From Octopus bimaculoides (taxonomy: Eukaryota): DNA of 64,000 bases. Positions 1-14,528 of this stretch are shown in pieces. The translations under genes and the position numbers were made by a program. The stretch spans positions 9,933,063-9,997,062 of the forward strand of contig NC_068992.1 in assembly GCF_001194135.2 (NCBI RefSeq). The letters run 5' to 3'. Under the pieces are notes generated by a model. The model saw only the letters and a program-made list of their open reading frames with translations. It made no database searches and was not told the origin of the DNA. Numbering within the stretch: position 1 is the first letter of the stretch; each line of letters starts with the position of its first letter.

Positions 1-2817
1 TTGTTTGTTTTGTTTTTCAAACATGTCCGAGTCTGGTTTACAAGAGATTTACCTTCTTTTCCAGGAAATTAAGTGGCCATGTAGAGTTTCTGTCAGGAGC
101 TCATCATAAAATCAGCTGTCATTCACTCTATGTCTTTTAATAAGATATTAAATAATTTTATTTCTGCCATTTACTCATTACAGAAAGCAGTTACCTGTTA
201 ATTAACATTTACTTTGGTTGGCAAGGACTAAATAGCAACACACTGAGATATGTTGATATTGTTATTCAAGGTTACGTGAGACAGAAAAGATGTGATCTCA
301 CACATTTTCCTAAAAAAGGGTAATTCATGTAAATAAAAGAAGGCTTATTAAAGGATACAACTTGGTCTGAGACAGGATAAGAAGGGTCAGATTTTTGTAC
401 TGACAATAAAATTCATGTAGCAAGTCAAGACTTTGAAAAAGATAACTATTTATACTTAGTTAATCCACAAAATTAACTAAACTGTCATTGAAAGCTATGA
501 CATGATAAAGTATACTAGCAAGGAATATTAAATGAATGTGCACCATAATAATTTGTCTAATAGCGTTCATCTCAATTGGGCAATAGATCAATTGAATCAA
601 TAAAGTAGTGAAAATGACTTAGATTGACTTAGGCCTTAAATTTCAAGTTCAATTCCCAAAGTGAACTTGGCATTTCAATTTTTCAAGGTTGACAAAAATC
701 AAGTACCAGTTCAGATCTAGGGTCAATTTAATCAACCTTCCCTTAAAATTAATGTCCTTATGCCAATGTTAGAAATCAATAATAACACATCTAACAAATG
801 AAAACATAAAAAGTTGATTATAAAAGTAAAAAAAAAACTAATTTTGATGATCATTTTGGTCCAAAATATATTTAATCAAGATTATACAAACCAATTATAT
901 ATTATTAACCATTTCATTTTTAATATAGACAGACCCATCTTATACCTTAAGACAATGATAATTACTTTACCCAATTCTTCATTCATTGAAAATGGGGAGT
1001 TACACTACCCGAGACAATCCATAGCTATGAAATCTCCCAGAAGATCCAGCTGAGTGAACATAGGCATTAGATTCCAAGAACAATAGACTGTACAGCTTGA
1101 GTAACTATGACACAATATCAAGTCATACACTTTATTCTCAGATCAATGATAATAAATTCTGAAAGAGTAGAAGAAAACAATAATTCAATTAGATTTCTTA
1201 ACAGGGAACCTCTCAGTTAAATGATCAAAGGTTGTAAACAGGATATGCAGAAATATATCGTTCTAAACACATTATCAAGTTATCATCCATCAATATTGAT
1301 TTATGATGACTGAAATAAGATAAAACATCAACATGCATAGTATGAACATGCACACACGACACACAAAATCTATGTGAAATCTTTGCCTTTAGAAACTATT
1401 AGAAGTAAGAAAGAAACCTGTCCCCTTGAACTGTTAGTATAAAACACGAGAGTTCATTACTGTCTTAAAGACTCATACAAAAAGGAATTGGGAAATGTTC
1501 AACTAAACTCATTTAACAGTCTACAGGCAAAATTATAGAATTAATGAGAAACATTTCCTTCTTCACAAATCATTTGCTGCTTTCAAATTAGATTTCACAA
1601 GGTACAAGACTAACTTTTGTTCAGAGTAGAGCAATGTAAAACTAATTTAACCATTGTCTAGTTTGTGTATGTGTGAATTATTTTCTGACTCAAGTTGATC
1701 ACCACAAGATTCAAGCTCAGAACAGTGAGGAGCTGAAATATTTAAAAAGCTGCTATGCTAGTAAAATTCTCTTATTCTTTAACTTTTTTCAGTCATCTGG
1801 CTGCGATCATGCTGAGGCATTGTCTTCTGAGGTAGTCATGGATGAACTGTCGCCTGTGTGTGTGTGTGTGTGGGGGGCCTTCTTGATGGCACACATGACA
1901 AAAAATTACCCTGAATTTTTCTTGCCAGATGATGAGCCATACTCCAGGGGACCAATTTCTCAAAAAAAGGGTTGCCCATGCCTGTTCTAAAGTGTTGTCA
2001 GTTAATTCAACCCTAGTACTCATTTTAGTGACTTTGGAAAGATGCAATGCAAAATTAATCTTGGTTGACTTGAACTCATAACCAAATGTCAAAAAGTATA
2101 TTGTCTGATACTCTACAGTTTCTCCTGTCCACCTGTAACATCAGAGCCTTTTCAATGTTTCCCAAACTTCCAGCTACACTTCATTAAATTTCAATATACT
2201 ATTACAAGAATTACTGTTAAAATTTTGCTGACAAGAGCAGCAAGACTTTGTCCAAAACCACGAAATTCCATGTTTTGTCATTTGTAGAAACTAATTCTTA
2301 ACAAATAGAATGATTGTAAAGGGAAATTTGCAAAACATTTCTCCTTAATTCCAAAGTATACAGGCACTTGTACTTGAAGAATAGCATTTATAGCTCCCAG
2401 CTATATTTATTAACTGTCAACAAGTCTTACTAAAATAAATTCTAACATCTGCAAATAATCAAAACAAAAAAATAAATAAACCTCAAAATAAACACTTTAA
2501 ACTCATTCTGACAAGTAGCTTAAATTTCTGTTATGATAAAGGATGGCAGGGAGGTAGGGATTCTTTTCTCCATATTTATTTCTCCTGTCCTCTTCCCCAG
2601 CTAATAACATTTATTTAGTCATTACAAACTCTGTAAGTAATTTAAAAAAAAAAAAAAAAAAAGCAGCAAGGATTTAAAAAAAAAAAAGCGAAAACTTTTT
2701 TTTTTAATTCAATAAATTACTTGAATTCACCACACTAGTAAGGAGGATATTAAATTAGAAATAGCTTAAAATGTTTTGACATGAAAAATTTGTGAACAAC
2801 CAAGATTAAAACCTCAC

Positions 2818-2906
2818 TCAATACTTGCCACCATGTAGATAAATGTAAGAAGATGGCAGAGTGCCAAGTCAGAAATTCTCATAGCATGAACAACTGAGAC
2901 AGCTAT
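2818..2906 (-). CDS. Candidate internal exon
   Basis: atcttgtgtcag| 89 nt |gtgagg. One open frame: IAVSVVHAMRISDLALCHLLTFIYMVASI. No homolog recognised. Confidence 0.25.
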
Positions 2907-4339
2907 CTGACACAAGATATTATTGACAGATTAGGCAGCTTACATATAACAACAACCGTTATTATTATTATTATTATTATAGTCCTAAAACAATCAGACC
3001 TGATCATAATTCTTCAACAATTAGATTTCTTACTCATATTTGAGATTAAGTAATTAGTTTGATTTACCAAATTTTGATCTCAACAAAATAAAAATGGAGG
3101 AAAAAAAAACTTAATAGGAAAATAGATACAATTATCTAAAGAAACAAGTTAACATTGGGTAAATAACTCAATGATAATAGAGAGAGAAATGTTGTCATTT
3201 ATCTGTAATGCCATTTTCTATTCTGAGAATGAGAACACATAACGTCTCTGTGGAAAAAGGCCAAAGACAGAGCACAATACAAAAGTGTAGAAAAGAAACT
3301 GGCACATGCGTGTACACGCGCACGCACACACACAACAAATGTATTTAAATAGCAATAATTCATAAAATATATTATTATACATGTTTCTTGTAAACTAGAT
3401 CAGAGATCATGAAAGAATCCAAACTACATACACCAGAAACATGTGGCTTATTCTCAAATGTCCTATTATTTTAGGGGTGTTTGTGTGTCAGTGTTAACAC
3501 ACACACACAAAAATATAAATTTAGTGCTTGGTTTTTCATGGTTGCAAAAGCTTGTTGGATCAAGTCTGATATGAAGTATATTGGCAAAATCCCTGTTTAA
3601 TATTAAGACCATTCACTCTAAAATGACCCTGTCCACCTTGCACCTATTAAAAGTTCATTTCAGTAAGCATTGAGTGCAGTGTCTATTTTAGATATGGACT
3701 TTTTAACTCTAGTAGTGGATCTTACAAGACATTGCTCATCATAAATAGGCCTTCGCCATTACAATAATAATGTATCAATCATTGTAGATTGTACAAAGTG
3801 CACCATATAGTACACTAAACATAACAAAACTATATCAATCACACCTGAAGATTATGTAACAAATTTTTTTTATATCAAACAAATTGTTATGTAATCAGAT
3901 AGGACTGCAGTTTTTTAAAAATTTATTAAAAAGTTTTTTTTTGTTTTTTTTTTAAAGAAGTGTGACAGATGTTCATGAATGTAAGTCTCTTTTCTCTATA
4001 CCAATAATGTTTGCTCACCGGCTGATACAGCTTGGTGCCATTATTATTGCAAGCATTTCAGCAGTGAGAATACAAAGAGTCAGGTGAAATACCACAAGGC
4101 ATCATCTTGTCTGACTTTCTAACAGTCTCACTAATACACTGCACTGGAATGGTACAACAATTTTATTGACTCTAAAACAATAACAGACAAAGTTGACCCT
4201 CATGGGATTTGAACCTAGAGTGCAAAGACTTGAAACAAATACTATGAAGCACTCAATCCAACACCTTGGTAACTTAGCCAGTTCACTTACATTCATACAT
4301 GATATGTGCCATACAAAATGTCAAAAAGAACTGGATGCA

Positions 4340-4519
<180 letters not shown>

Positions 4520-4575
4520 GGTTGCATATACCTGATTGAGTTTATTTTAGTGCAGCACTGAATTTCAAACCTTAA

Positions 4576-4779
4576 CCCTTTCATTAGTCTATGTCTGTTG
4601 AAATAGTCTGCCTGTGTTTCAATTAATTTTGAAAATAACGAGAAATTTAGTAAAATAACTTTGTCATTAATAAACTGGAGTTTGGAACATAAACTAACAT
4701 CCTGGTGGAATGTTTTAATTCAGATCGTTTTAAAACAGAATTTGTATCACAGAACCAAGGCAGGTTCGTATGAAACGGG
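4576..4779. mobile_element. piggyBac-type MITE with TTAA target-site duplication
   Basis: TTAA|CCCTTTCAT...ATGAAACGGG|TTAA. TTAA at 4572-4575 and 4780-4783; no ORF. Confidence 0.7.
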
Positions 4780-5835
4780 TTAATATAACAAGCTTGGTGA
4801 AGGCCAATTAAACAAGGCTAATTCTTTCTCAATAAACACCAAACTAGTCAGTGGTTTTTGAAGACTAAAAACTTAATGAGTTACAGAACACAAAGCATTC
4901 AAAAATATACACATAATCCCATAAAAATCTATAGTAGCAATATCTAATCACAAATAAACTGAACCTTCACTAACCATTTCTCAAAGCAGATAATATTAGA
5001 ATAAAAGAAAAATTATATTATTTACATCAAATATCGATATATTAATTAGCATAGCATGCACAACTATATTCTTAATTAGCATAGTGTACACAAATATATT
5101 CTTTGTTTGAAAAAGGTAAATAAAAAGCGAGCAGCAAACATTAGCAACTCGAAGGGGGATAATTTCATGAAATTACTTTAAAAAATTTAATTCTCATGAG
5201 TGAAGGAAAAAATCTGATTTTTGTTAGTTAGAGTTACAATGTCAAGACATGTTTCAGTCTAATTGGTGCTTGTCTGTGAAGTATGGGCAGTAGGAACCTG
5301 CTTCATCAGTAAAAAGATTTTTACATGTAGAAAGAAGTGTTTATGAATATTTTTGGCCAGTAATAATTTGCATAACACTTGAAATGTTTTACATTATTTA
5401 GCCACAAGAAAACTCAAACCAAAAAGAAAAACTCTACATTAGTGGATAGCAGATCTTTTTTAACTTGGCATGTTGAAATTTTAATTTCGTTAATAATCCT
5501 GTTATTAGAGTGGCGCATGTATTTTGGTTTTAATTAAATATTTAAAGATAAACTTTTTTACAACATGATATTGAGGAGATATTTTTTTCAAAGTCCATTG
5601 GTTGCTGTAAAAACCAGCAGGATGTCATAGCTGATGTATGTGTCACAGGTTCTCCATCACCACTCTATGTAGTCATTCAACCTGCTAGCAATAGCAACCA
5701 AGTCTGTCTCAAATGATAATGTAATGTCCTAAAAAGGATGGATATACTGAACAATATAATCACACAAATACGAAGACACATATACACAAATACATAACTA
5801 CACACACACACACATATATATACATATATATATAT

Positions 5836-6245
5836 ACTCTTTTTTTTTTACTCTTACTTGTTTCAGTCATTTGACTGTGGCCATGCTGGAGCACCGCCTT
5901 TAGTCGAGTAAATCGACCCCAGGACTTATTCTTTGGATGCCTAGTACTTATTCTATCGGTCACTTTTTGCCAAACCACTAAGTTACGGGGACGTAAACAC
6001 ACCACCATCGGTTGTCAAGCGATGTTGGGGGGACAAACACACACACATACACAGACACACACATATATATATACATATATACGACAGGCTTCTTTCAGTT
6101 TCCGTCTACCAAATCCACTCACAAAGCTTTGGTCGGCCCGAGGCTATAGTAGAAGACACTTGCCGAAGGTGCCACGCAGTAGGAATGAACCCGGAACCAT
6201 GTGGTTGGTAAGCAAGCTACTTACCACACAGCCACTCCTGCGCCT
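5836..6245 (-). mobile_element. SINE family A (tRNA-like head, internal TA/TG repeat), young full-length copy
   Basis: Reverse complement of the element at 13545-13956. CpGs retained. Confidence 0.9.
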
Positions 6246-6717
6246 GGATATATCAGATTGAACATGAACAGAATGTATTTGATCATATGGCAGATCTGTT
6301 TGGTCAGAGCTACCCTAGAATCAAGAGTAAGGGAGACAAAACAAAAAAAAATTTATATGAGCGGGAGTGAAATAAAGTGAAAGCAAATAATTTCAATAGA
6401 CAAACAAGTAAAGCTGCATTATAATATTAATAGTAAGATTAAAAGGAGGAGGCACATTAATGAACAAGCTGACAAAAGCTTGTGTGAATGAGGGGGGAGC
6501 AAAAAGTTGAGACAGCTGCTTAAATACAAAATAGGTTACCCTTACAACCAATAATGTGTTGAATAGTTTCTGAATAATAACCTATAGGCTTACTAGTTAA
6601 CTACTTTGCATTTGTTGTAAACCAGAGTTTGTAGAAAGCAATGACTAATAGGCTAAGTATGAAAATAAAATATTACCGAGGATAATTTAAATTGTTCAAA
6701 TAGTAACTACCAAGTAA

Positions 6718-6718
<1 letters not shown>

Positions 6719-6753
<35 letters not shown>

Positions 6754-6822
6754 NNNNNNNNNNNNNNNNNNNNNNNNNNNNNNNNNNNNNNNNNNNNNNN
6801 NNNNNNNNNNNNNNNNNNNNNN

Positions 6823-6888
<66 letters not shown>
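6719..6888. repeat. (TA)n-gap-(GATA)n-(GA)n compound microsatellite
   Basis: Direct reading. Confidence 0.95.
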
Positions 6889-6889
<1 letters not shown>

Positions 6890-6976
6890 TCATCATTTAG
6901 TGTCCGTTTTCTATGCTGGCATGGGTTGGACAGTTTGAGTTGAACTGCTAAGCCAGAGGGCTGTACCAGGCTCAAG

Positions 6977-6982
<6 letters not shown>
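6889..6982 (-). mobile_element. Family B, 3' fragment
   Basis: catcatttagtgtccgttttctatgctggcatgggttggacag. Confidence 0.75.
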
Positions 6983-7023
<41 letters not shown>

Positions 7024-7593
7024 CTTCATTTAAAAGCAGCAGAAATATAACAAAAGACTGTTATAAAAATGCATACATACATAGAGTTAAGAATGATGTA
7101 TAAATTCTCTTTCTCTCTTTCTGTATGTAGTCTAGGGTCCATTATAGAGAAAGTGACCAATAGAGAAAATAGGTTTCATCGTAAAACAGAGAAAACTTGT
7201 AAAAATGTTAGTTGCTTTTTTTTTTAAACAAGAACATAAATAAATATTCTGAAATTTAGTTAAAAAAGAATTAGATTTATAATACTAGATCTAAATTCCA
7301 GACTACAAAATATACTAAAAGTGAAAAAAAAAGACATACCAACAGATTAAGGTCCACATGGATCTAATGTCACAGTGAGACTAAATACTTACAGATATGA
7401 TCAGGGGTTGCTAGGCTGGGCTACAAGTAGCAGTTTACACTACTTTTCAGGACAGCATGAAACTATTTTTTTTTTAGAAATTTGATTTTATTTGGGTTAT
7501 TTACAACTTTAAAATATTAATTTTTAAAGTTAAGAATCATGTTGAATATCATAACTAAGTAAATCAGTATCAAACCACAGGCAATATAATATA

Positions 7594-7649
<56 letters not shown>

Positions 7650-8349
7650 GTGTGTTAGTAGTGAGATGAGGAAAGACTAATAGACCCTTCCAACCCATGC
7701 TTACAAGGAAAAACAGATGTAGGATGAGGATGGGCATCCAACCATGACTGACACAGACATTTGCTTTGTAACCACATCGTTCTTAGTTCCAGTCCTACTT
7801 GGCATGAGAGCCTTGTACAATTTAGTAGGCAAAAACTTGCATATGCATACTTATAAACATACATATACATACTTTTACATGTACACATGTATGTGTGTGT
7901 GTGTACGTGCATGTGCAAACACATAGGGCGACTGTTAGGTTCCTGTATTGGAGTCAATCTAAATCCCTTGAAGGCAGTGTAAATAAAAGGATATAAGAAT
8001 AAAATTTATTGTAAATTTTGAAAAATATCTTCCTTCTAGAATTAACTAGTTTCTATGTAAATAATATCAGATAGTATAATCTCTAATTCGAGACAGAAAA
8101 TAAGAAGCAGTCTAGTAGCAGGTCTCAAACTGCATGGCTATTTTTTGCTGGATAACTGTGTTACCAATTGCAAAGTGCTTATCATGAAATCTAATCTGCA
8201 ATGAGCAAGAGATATGGGCTTTGGGCCCTGGCAATGGACCATGCCGTTCTTTTGTTTTAAATTGGTGCTTTTAATATTTAATAAGAGTCTACTGCAAATT
8301 TATTTACTATGAAACTGAAATTTCATAAATAAACTTCAGTAAGTGGAAC

Positions 8350-8600
8350 ATAAACAAACCAACACTGGTTGTCAAGTAGTGGGGGGAGATGACAAACACA
8401 AAGACTCACATACACAGGCATGCGCAAACGCACAGTGAAGTTCCATAGTTTCCATGTCCCAAATTCACTCAGAAAGTATTAATTGGCCTGGAGCTATAAT
8501 TGAAGACATTACTTGCCCCTGGCCCAAGGTGTTATGCAGTGGGACTGAACTTGAAACCATGTGGTTGCAAAGCAAGCTTCTTAACCACAGTTACCCCTCC
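8350..8600 (-). mobile_element. SINE family A, decayed partial copy
   Basis: Contains gttatgcagtgggactgaacttgaaaccatgtggttgcaaagcaagcttcttaaccacag, the head motif in reverse. Confidence 0.75.
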
Positions 8601-8617
8601 ACATATATATATATATG

Positions 8618-8800
8618 TGTGGCACGTAAAAGCACCCTCTACACTCTCGGAGTGGTTGGCGTTAGGAAGGGCATCCAGCTGTAGAAACTCTGCCAAATCA
8701 GATTGGAGCCTGGCGTAGCCATCTGGTTTCACCAGTCCTCAGTCAAATCTTCCAACCCATGCTAGCATGGAAAGCAGACGTTAAACGATGATGACGATGT

Positions 8801-8804
<4 letters not shown>
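8618..8804 (+). mobile_element. Short retroposon family B (no tRNA head; (GAT)n tail; RTE-related)
   Basis: ggagtggttggcgttaggaagggcatccagctgtagaaac...ccaacccatgctagcatggaaagcagacgttaaacgatgatg. Confidence 0.85.
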
Positions 8805-8880
<76 letters not shown>

Positions 8881-9514
8881 CTTCACTTTCATTTCCCATT
8901 CTCACTTTCTATGTCAGTAAATTGAAATATGACTAATTAATTGGAAACTTCAAACTACTAAAATCACTAAATGATTCAAAGTTTCTACTGTCCCTTCTTT
9001 AAAATATACAACCCCCATCCACCTAAAAACAAGACAAAATCATACAAACATGCCACTGTAAAATTGTGAGAACCTTTTGACTGAAAAAAAGAGAACTGCA
9101 CCAGTTACAAATACATTTTTTTCTTCCTAAATCCTCACTACAAGTTTTTGAAATCACCCTTCCACTAGCTCTACCACCTCGCTCATTAGGTCACCCATGT
9201 ACTAGCATAGCAGTAGTCTCTAATCTTCGCTTTCAGGTCACTCATACTCAGTTTTCATTGGTGCATTTAATACAATTGTACACATTAAATGATATTTCTC
9301 CTGTCAGTCAACAAGTCTCCACATCCTCCTACCAACAATGGATTTCATCACATTCTCCAGTAAAAATGAGAATCTGGTGACATTTAACAAAAGCAAAATA
9401 CAAACACACTTACTGAAAATACCACCACTACCAAACTAATTATGAACAGCTTTAAATTACAAGAATCTTACCCACTCCTATAAAGCTTTCCTGGAAACCA
9501 CAAATTCTTTGAAC

Positions 9515-9748
9515 CAAAAAGGGAGGTTCAGCATAATTGCCTGATCTGTCGAAAGTAGCGACCAAAACTTCATCAAACCCTTTACAATAGCAACCTCAAA
9601 CAGTAACAAGAGAGATTTTATGAAGCAGCTCAGCTTGTTCTATTTTTCAGCCAAATCCTAAATTTTCACCCAAAAGAGACAAGAGTCCTATTGTGTGACA
9701 TGTCTGCTTGAGCTCTGCACTTACAAAAGAATTAATTAATTAATTAAT
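9515..9748 (-). mobile_element. Interspersed repeat fragment (uncertain family)
   Basis: Recognised from memory of octopus repeats (aagtgcagagctcaagcagacatgtcacacaataggactc); no second copy verified here. Confidence 0.35.
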
Positions 9749-9749
9749 T

Positions 9750-9880
9750 GTTAGCAAGGGCATCCAGCTGTAGAAACCATGCCAAATCAGACTGGAATCT
9801 GGTGCATCCCCTTAGCTTACCAGCCCTGGTCAAACCATCCAACCCATGCCAGCATGGACAATGTTAAATGATGATGATGA
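9750..9880 (+). mobile_element. Family B, 5'-truncated copy
   Basis: aagggcatccagctgtagaaaccatgcc...ccaacccatgccagcatggacaatgttaaatgatgatgatg. Confidence 0.8.
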
Positions 9881-9892
9881 CGCTATATAGTG

Positions 9893-9936
<44 letters not shown>

Positions 9937-10394
9937 TCTCTCTCTCTCTCTCTCTCTCNNNNNNNNNNNNNNNNNNNNNNNNNNNNNNNNNNNNNNNNNN
10001 NNNNNNNNNNNNNNNNNNNNNNNNNNNNNNNNNNNNNNNNNNNNNNNNNNNNNNNNNNNNNNNNNNNNNNNNNNNNNNNNNNNNNNNNNNNNNNNNNNNN
10101 NNNNNNNNNNNNNNNNNNNNNNNNNNNNNNNNNNNNNNNNNNNNNNNNNNNNNNNNNNNNNNNNNNNNNNNNNNNNNNNNNNNNNNNNNNNNNNNNNNNN
10201 NNNNNNNNNNNNNNNNNNNNNNNNNNNNNNNNNNNNNNNNNNNNNNNNNNNNNNNNNNNNNNNNNNNNNNNNNNNNNNNNNNNNNNNNNNNNNNNNNNNN
10301 NNNNNNNNNNNNNNNNNNNNNNNNNNNNNNNNNNNNNNNNNNNNNNNNNNCACACAACTTTGAGCTCACTTCTGTTATGTCACTAAGAATTAGG

Positions 10395-10500
10395 GTTAGG
10401 CACAAGGCCCGAAATTTTGGGGGGAGGGAGCCAGTCGATTAGATTGACCCCAGTATGCAACTGGTACTTTAATTTATTGACCCCGAAAGGACGAAAGGCA
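10395..10500 (-). mobile_element. SINE family C fragment
   Basis: aggcacaaggcccgaaattttggggggag...ctggtactttaatttattgaccccgaaaggacgaaaggc. Confidence 0.8.
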
Positions 10501-11714
10501 TGTCACTTAGAACCTTGTAAGTGGAATTAAGTAGACAGGAGTGTGTATGCCTGTATGTACGTGTGTGACCCTAAGTTTATACTAGCTTGAAACTTGCTGT
10601 TGCTTATGTTGTGTCCTGTTATGTCCATAGCAGTTCAACAAATAAAAACTGATACAATTAGTACCAGACCAAAATAAATATCGAGGCCAATATAATCAAC
10701 AAAAACCATTGAATGTGGTGCATGTAGTGCAGTGTTATGACTAGAATAAATAAATATATAAACCTTTTATAGAGGACATCATAGAGGAAAAAAAAAACTA
10801 AGCAACTATTTGTTTTAAACTAATAATAATATCAAATACATGTTGGTCAGGTTATTAAAAGGAAGATAAACCAAAACAGTTTTATCCTGCATCTAACGGC
10901 TGGAAAATATCCTTAGATTAAGTTCAATATAACTTGGATATCTAAACAATGAAATGCTAGTATTTTTTTTTTCCTGGTGCAATGAAAACATCAAATTTAT
11001 CCTTGAGACACAAATAAATTTTCACTGTCGAGCTGTAAGTTGTTATGATGGCAGCTTTAAGCTCAAAGGAACTTTACTGAAATAACAGTAAGATATATAA
11101 TGTCTGCAGATCAACCACCGCCAAAATAAATGAGCAAAGTTAACAGAACACCGGGCAACATACTGAGAGGTGCAATGTGACATTTTGGGAATGTTACATG
11201 GTATGCAGTGCAGCAGCCAGAGAATGCTGCATGAGGGTGCACTGAGGAGGTCAGGGACTGCAAACAACTAACTCACTATTTTCAATTGTTGATAAATAAC
11301 ACAATAATGGGATTCATTCAGGAGAACTCAGTCAAAATGACCACTTCTCTACCAATTTGTGGTTATGTGCTAAAATTACAAATCATGACTACTGCTGTTT
11401 ATTTAACCCCAGGACAACCCTGATGGAGTGAACCTATGATCAAAAGAATTTCAGCAATGACCATCCCATTGCAAGCAATCAAGAATCACAATATATAACA
11501 TGTCCTTTTTTTTAATGACTATAAGGTTATGATTTGAGACAGATTTAGCTGCTATTTCTAGCTCATCAATCAACCACATAAAGACTCCCTCATTTGTTTC
11601 TTCAGACAAAAATGCATTGCAATATTTGTTCAGACTCTTTGCTTTCTGAGTTCAAATCTCAATATGGTCCCTTACTCCAAGTCTCAGGCCTTGTACTTAT
11701 ACAAGAAACAATTA

Positions 11715-11935
11715 CTAAAGGGCAGTGGGTTAGCAAAAATTGTTAGAAAATTGGAAAATAACTTTGCAGTATTTCTGTCAACTCCTCATACTCTGAGTTC
11801 AAATTCTGTTAAAGTCAACTATGCTGTCAAACCCACTGGAAACAATAAAATAAATTACCAATCAAATATGGAGTTGATGGTACTTTCAACCCCTTTCCTC
11901 AAGCTGTTTGGCCTTGTACTCAAATTAGAAACAAT
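11715..11935 (+). mobile_element. SINE family C, decayed copy
   Basis: ctctgagttcaaattctgttaaagtcaactatgc...ggccttgtactcaaattagaaac. Confidence 0.65.
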
Positions 11936-12208
11936 TATTATTATTATCATTATTATTATTATTATTATTTAACAGATTGGAATAATCAGATAAAATGTAT
12001 TAGACTATTCAGTCTGGTTTATCTATATTCTCAGTTTAAATTCTGCTCGGCCCATTTCATCTTATTTATCTCAAGGATTATCAATAAAAGTACCAGTAGT
12101 TGATTCTGGTCAAGGAACTTGAGACTATTGTCGCTTTGCAGCAGTTGGATTTGTTCCATGTATTATTCCCATTCTTTCACAAGCTTGTAGTGGTGAGACT
12201 ATACTTAC

Positions 12209-12236
12209 ATCAAGTAATTTAATTACCAGTAATTTA
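12209..12236 (-). CDS. Candidate 28-nt microexon
   Basis: Long pyrimidine tract then gattgttttag| |gtaagtat. One open frame: KLLVIKLLD. Confidence 0.2.
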
Positions 12237-13453
12237 CTAAAACAATCATGGAAAGAAGAAGGAAGAAAAAAAAAACGGAGAATAAAGAAACAGAAAAGAA
12301 AGATCTAAGATTATGCAAAATAGAAAGTATTGACAATGTGGCCTTTGCTGGTTGAGTCACCACTGCCAAACGAATGCCCTTATAACAGGCAAATATTGAT
12401 GTTTGTATGTCCTCAGAGTGACTGGAATAATAATGCTGAGCATGCACACACACACACACACACACAGAGAGAGGACATTGTGGGTTGTACAGAAGTTGGT
12501 TTTCACTTTTCCTATGACTGGTTATCAGGTTTTCACATTTTTCCCCCAACCTTCATCTTCAAACAACTGCAAATGAAAACAGACACAACTCACAATGCAT
12601 TACTATTTCTTCGTGTTATGGTTTAAAGTGGAAATTAACAAGCAGCTTCTCTATTTCGACCTTGATATCTGCCAGATATTACATAACATCAACTCCTGCA
12701 TATAATAAAACAATTATAAAAGATAAGGTACATGGGAGGAAAAAAAAAAAAAAAAAAGAGACATACACAAAACAAAGCACAACCAAACTATCACATTACA
12801 AACAAATACCTTTACAACAAGTTGAAAACATAGCACACAACACACGTATGCATTTATGTATGTATTGGGATATCTGAAAAGAGTTTCTTGAAATGTATAC
12901 AAATAGAAGTGAATTTCGCTTTCTTTTATCAAGAGTTTAGGCAATGTTCCAAACATTACACAAAATAAGTCTAACAAAGTGTAATTTGTAATCTAATTAA
13001 TACCTTGGTCTATCCATGTGGTGACTAGCCAGAACTAATACCTAATGTGATAAATGTAGATTGTTAAATAAAATTACAATACACACAAATATATACAAAT
13101 ATATATATATATTGAAACAATTTGTTCCACCTGAGATAAACCAAATGACATTGGCATGATGAGAAACTATGTACAAACATGTAGTTTGGTCCTTGCTTTC
13201 TCACATGCACACTCTTTCTCCCCACCACCCCCACCTCCTTCTTTCACTCACTGTTGACAAATTGTCTTTGAATGTAGCTATGAAGTAGTCTCAATTTCAC
13301 TTATAAGGTAATATATAAGGGTCTAGGGTCCTGAAAATATTTACATAAACTGTCTGTTCATGTGTAAGGCTTTATTCAAATGAAAATAAACTATTTTAAT
13401 CTGTACCAAATATCTTATTGAATAGTGAACTACTTAATCCCCCAATTAAGATA

Positions 13454-13509
<56 letters not shown>

Positions 13510-13544
13510 NNNNNNNNNNACAACTTCGATCCAATTTAATTGAT

Positions 13545-13956
13545 AGGCGTAGGAGTGGCTGTGTGGTAAGTAGCTTGCTTACGAACCACATGGTTCCAGG
13601 TTCAGTCCCACTGTGTGGCACCTTGGGCAAGTGTCTTCTACTATAGCCTAGGGCCGACCAAAGCCTTGTGAGTGGATTTGGCAGACGGAAACTGAAAGAA
13701 GTCCATCGTATATATATGTATATATATATATGTGTGTGTGGGTGTTTGTGTGTCTGTGTTTGTCCCCCCAACATCGCTTGACAACCGATGCCGGTGTGTT
13801 TACGTCCCCGTAACTTAGCGGTTCGGCAAAAGAGACCAATAGAATAAGTACTAGGTTTCCAAAGAATAAGTCCTGGGATCGATTTGATCAACTAAAAGGC
13901 AGTGCTCCAGCATGGCCGCAGTCAAATGACTGAAACAATTAAAAGAGTAAAGAGAG
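13545..13956 (+). mobile_element. SINE family A, full-length
   Basis: aggcgtaggagtggctgtgtggtaagtagcttgc...ggttcagtcccactg...gcaccttgggcaagtgtcttctactatagcc...gcagtcaaatgactgaaac. Many similar copies in the window. Confidence 0.9.
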
Positions 13957-14485
13957 TTTAATGCAGAAGAGGAGTCCATATTAATGTTTTGCAAAACAAG
14001 AAAAAATATGTGACTGGAAACACAATCAAAAGTGTTTAGTTGTTGTCACTAGCAGGTATAACCTGGAAAGTTCAGAAACACTGAACTTTCCACTATTTCT
14101 TTCATACACTTAAAATTAGTTATTCTATAACTCTTGTTTGTTTGCACAGTTTTACTTTTTTGATATCTTTCGGACGATTCAAAGTAATCTGATCCAATAT
14201 GCATGAGCAAGAACGGTAGTTAAATGTTGGTTAATAACAGAATGTTGGTGAAGACTGACGAATCAAGGAGCAGTTTGGTAGTTAATAATCTCTGAGATTT
14301 AATCCGGATTTCAATATTTGAAGAATTTTGAAAGGATAGTTAGTAAAAGGATAATGAGACACATCTAAGTCTGCAAAATATCTGGTGAGCATCATATTTG
14401 GTGAGCATCATATTTGAGCATCATATTTGCCGAATGAGAATTGATTGAGATGATCATTCATAAAAGCACAACTAACTCTAATTTG

Positions 14486-14528
<43 letters not shown>

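Noticed and set aside
4019-4171. 153-nt minus-strand segment with good AG and GTGAG ends
   Set aside because: Stops in all three frames and it overlaps decayed SINE family C heads.
5280-5315. Second hammerhead-like CTGATGA plus GCAG/CTGC hairpin on the minus strand
   Set aside because: No GAAA core or stem III after the hairpin.
9830-10442. Long ORFs spanning N runs (also 25926-27052, 53763-54380, 56410-57281)
   Set aside because: Open only because N codons are not stops.
11043-11267. GC-richer 74-aa ORF in unique-looking sequence
   Set aside because: No recognisable motif in any frame and no consistent splice pair.
14383-14430. Short tandem duplications (gagcatcatattt x3; also 5043-5103 and 32456-32500)
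   Set aside because: Ordinary slippage duplications of two or three units with no spacer diversity.
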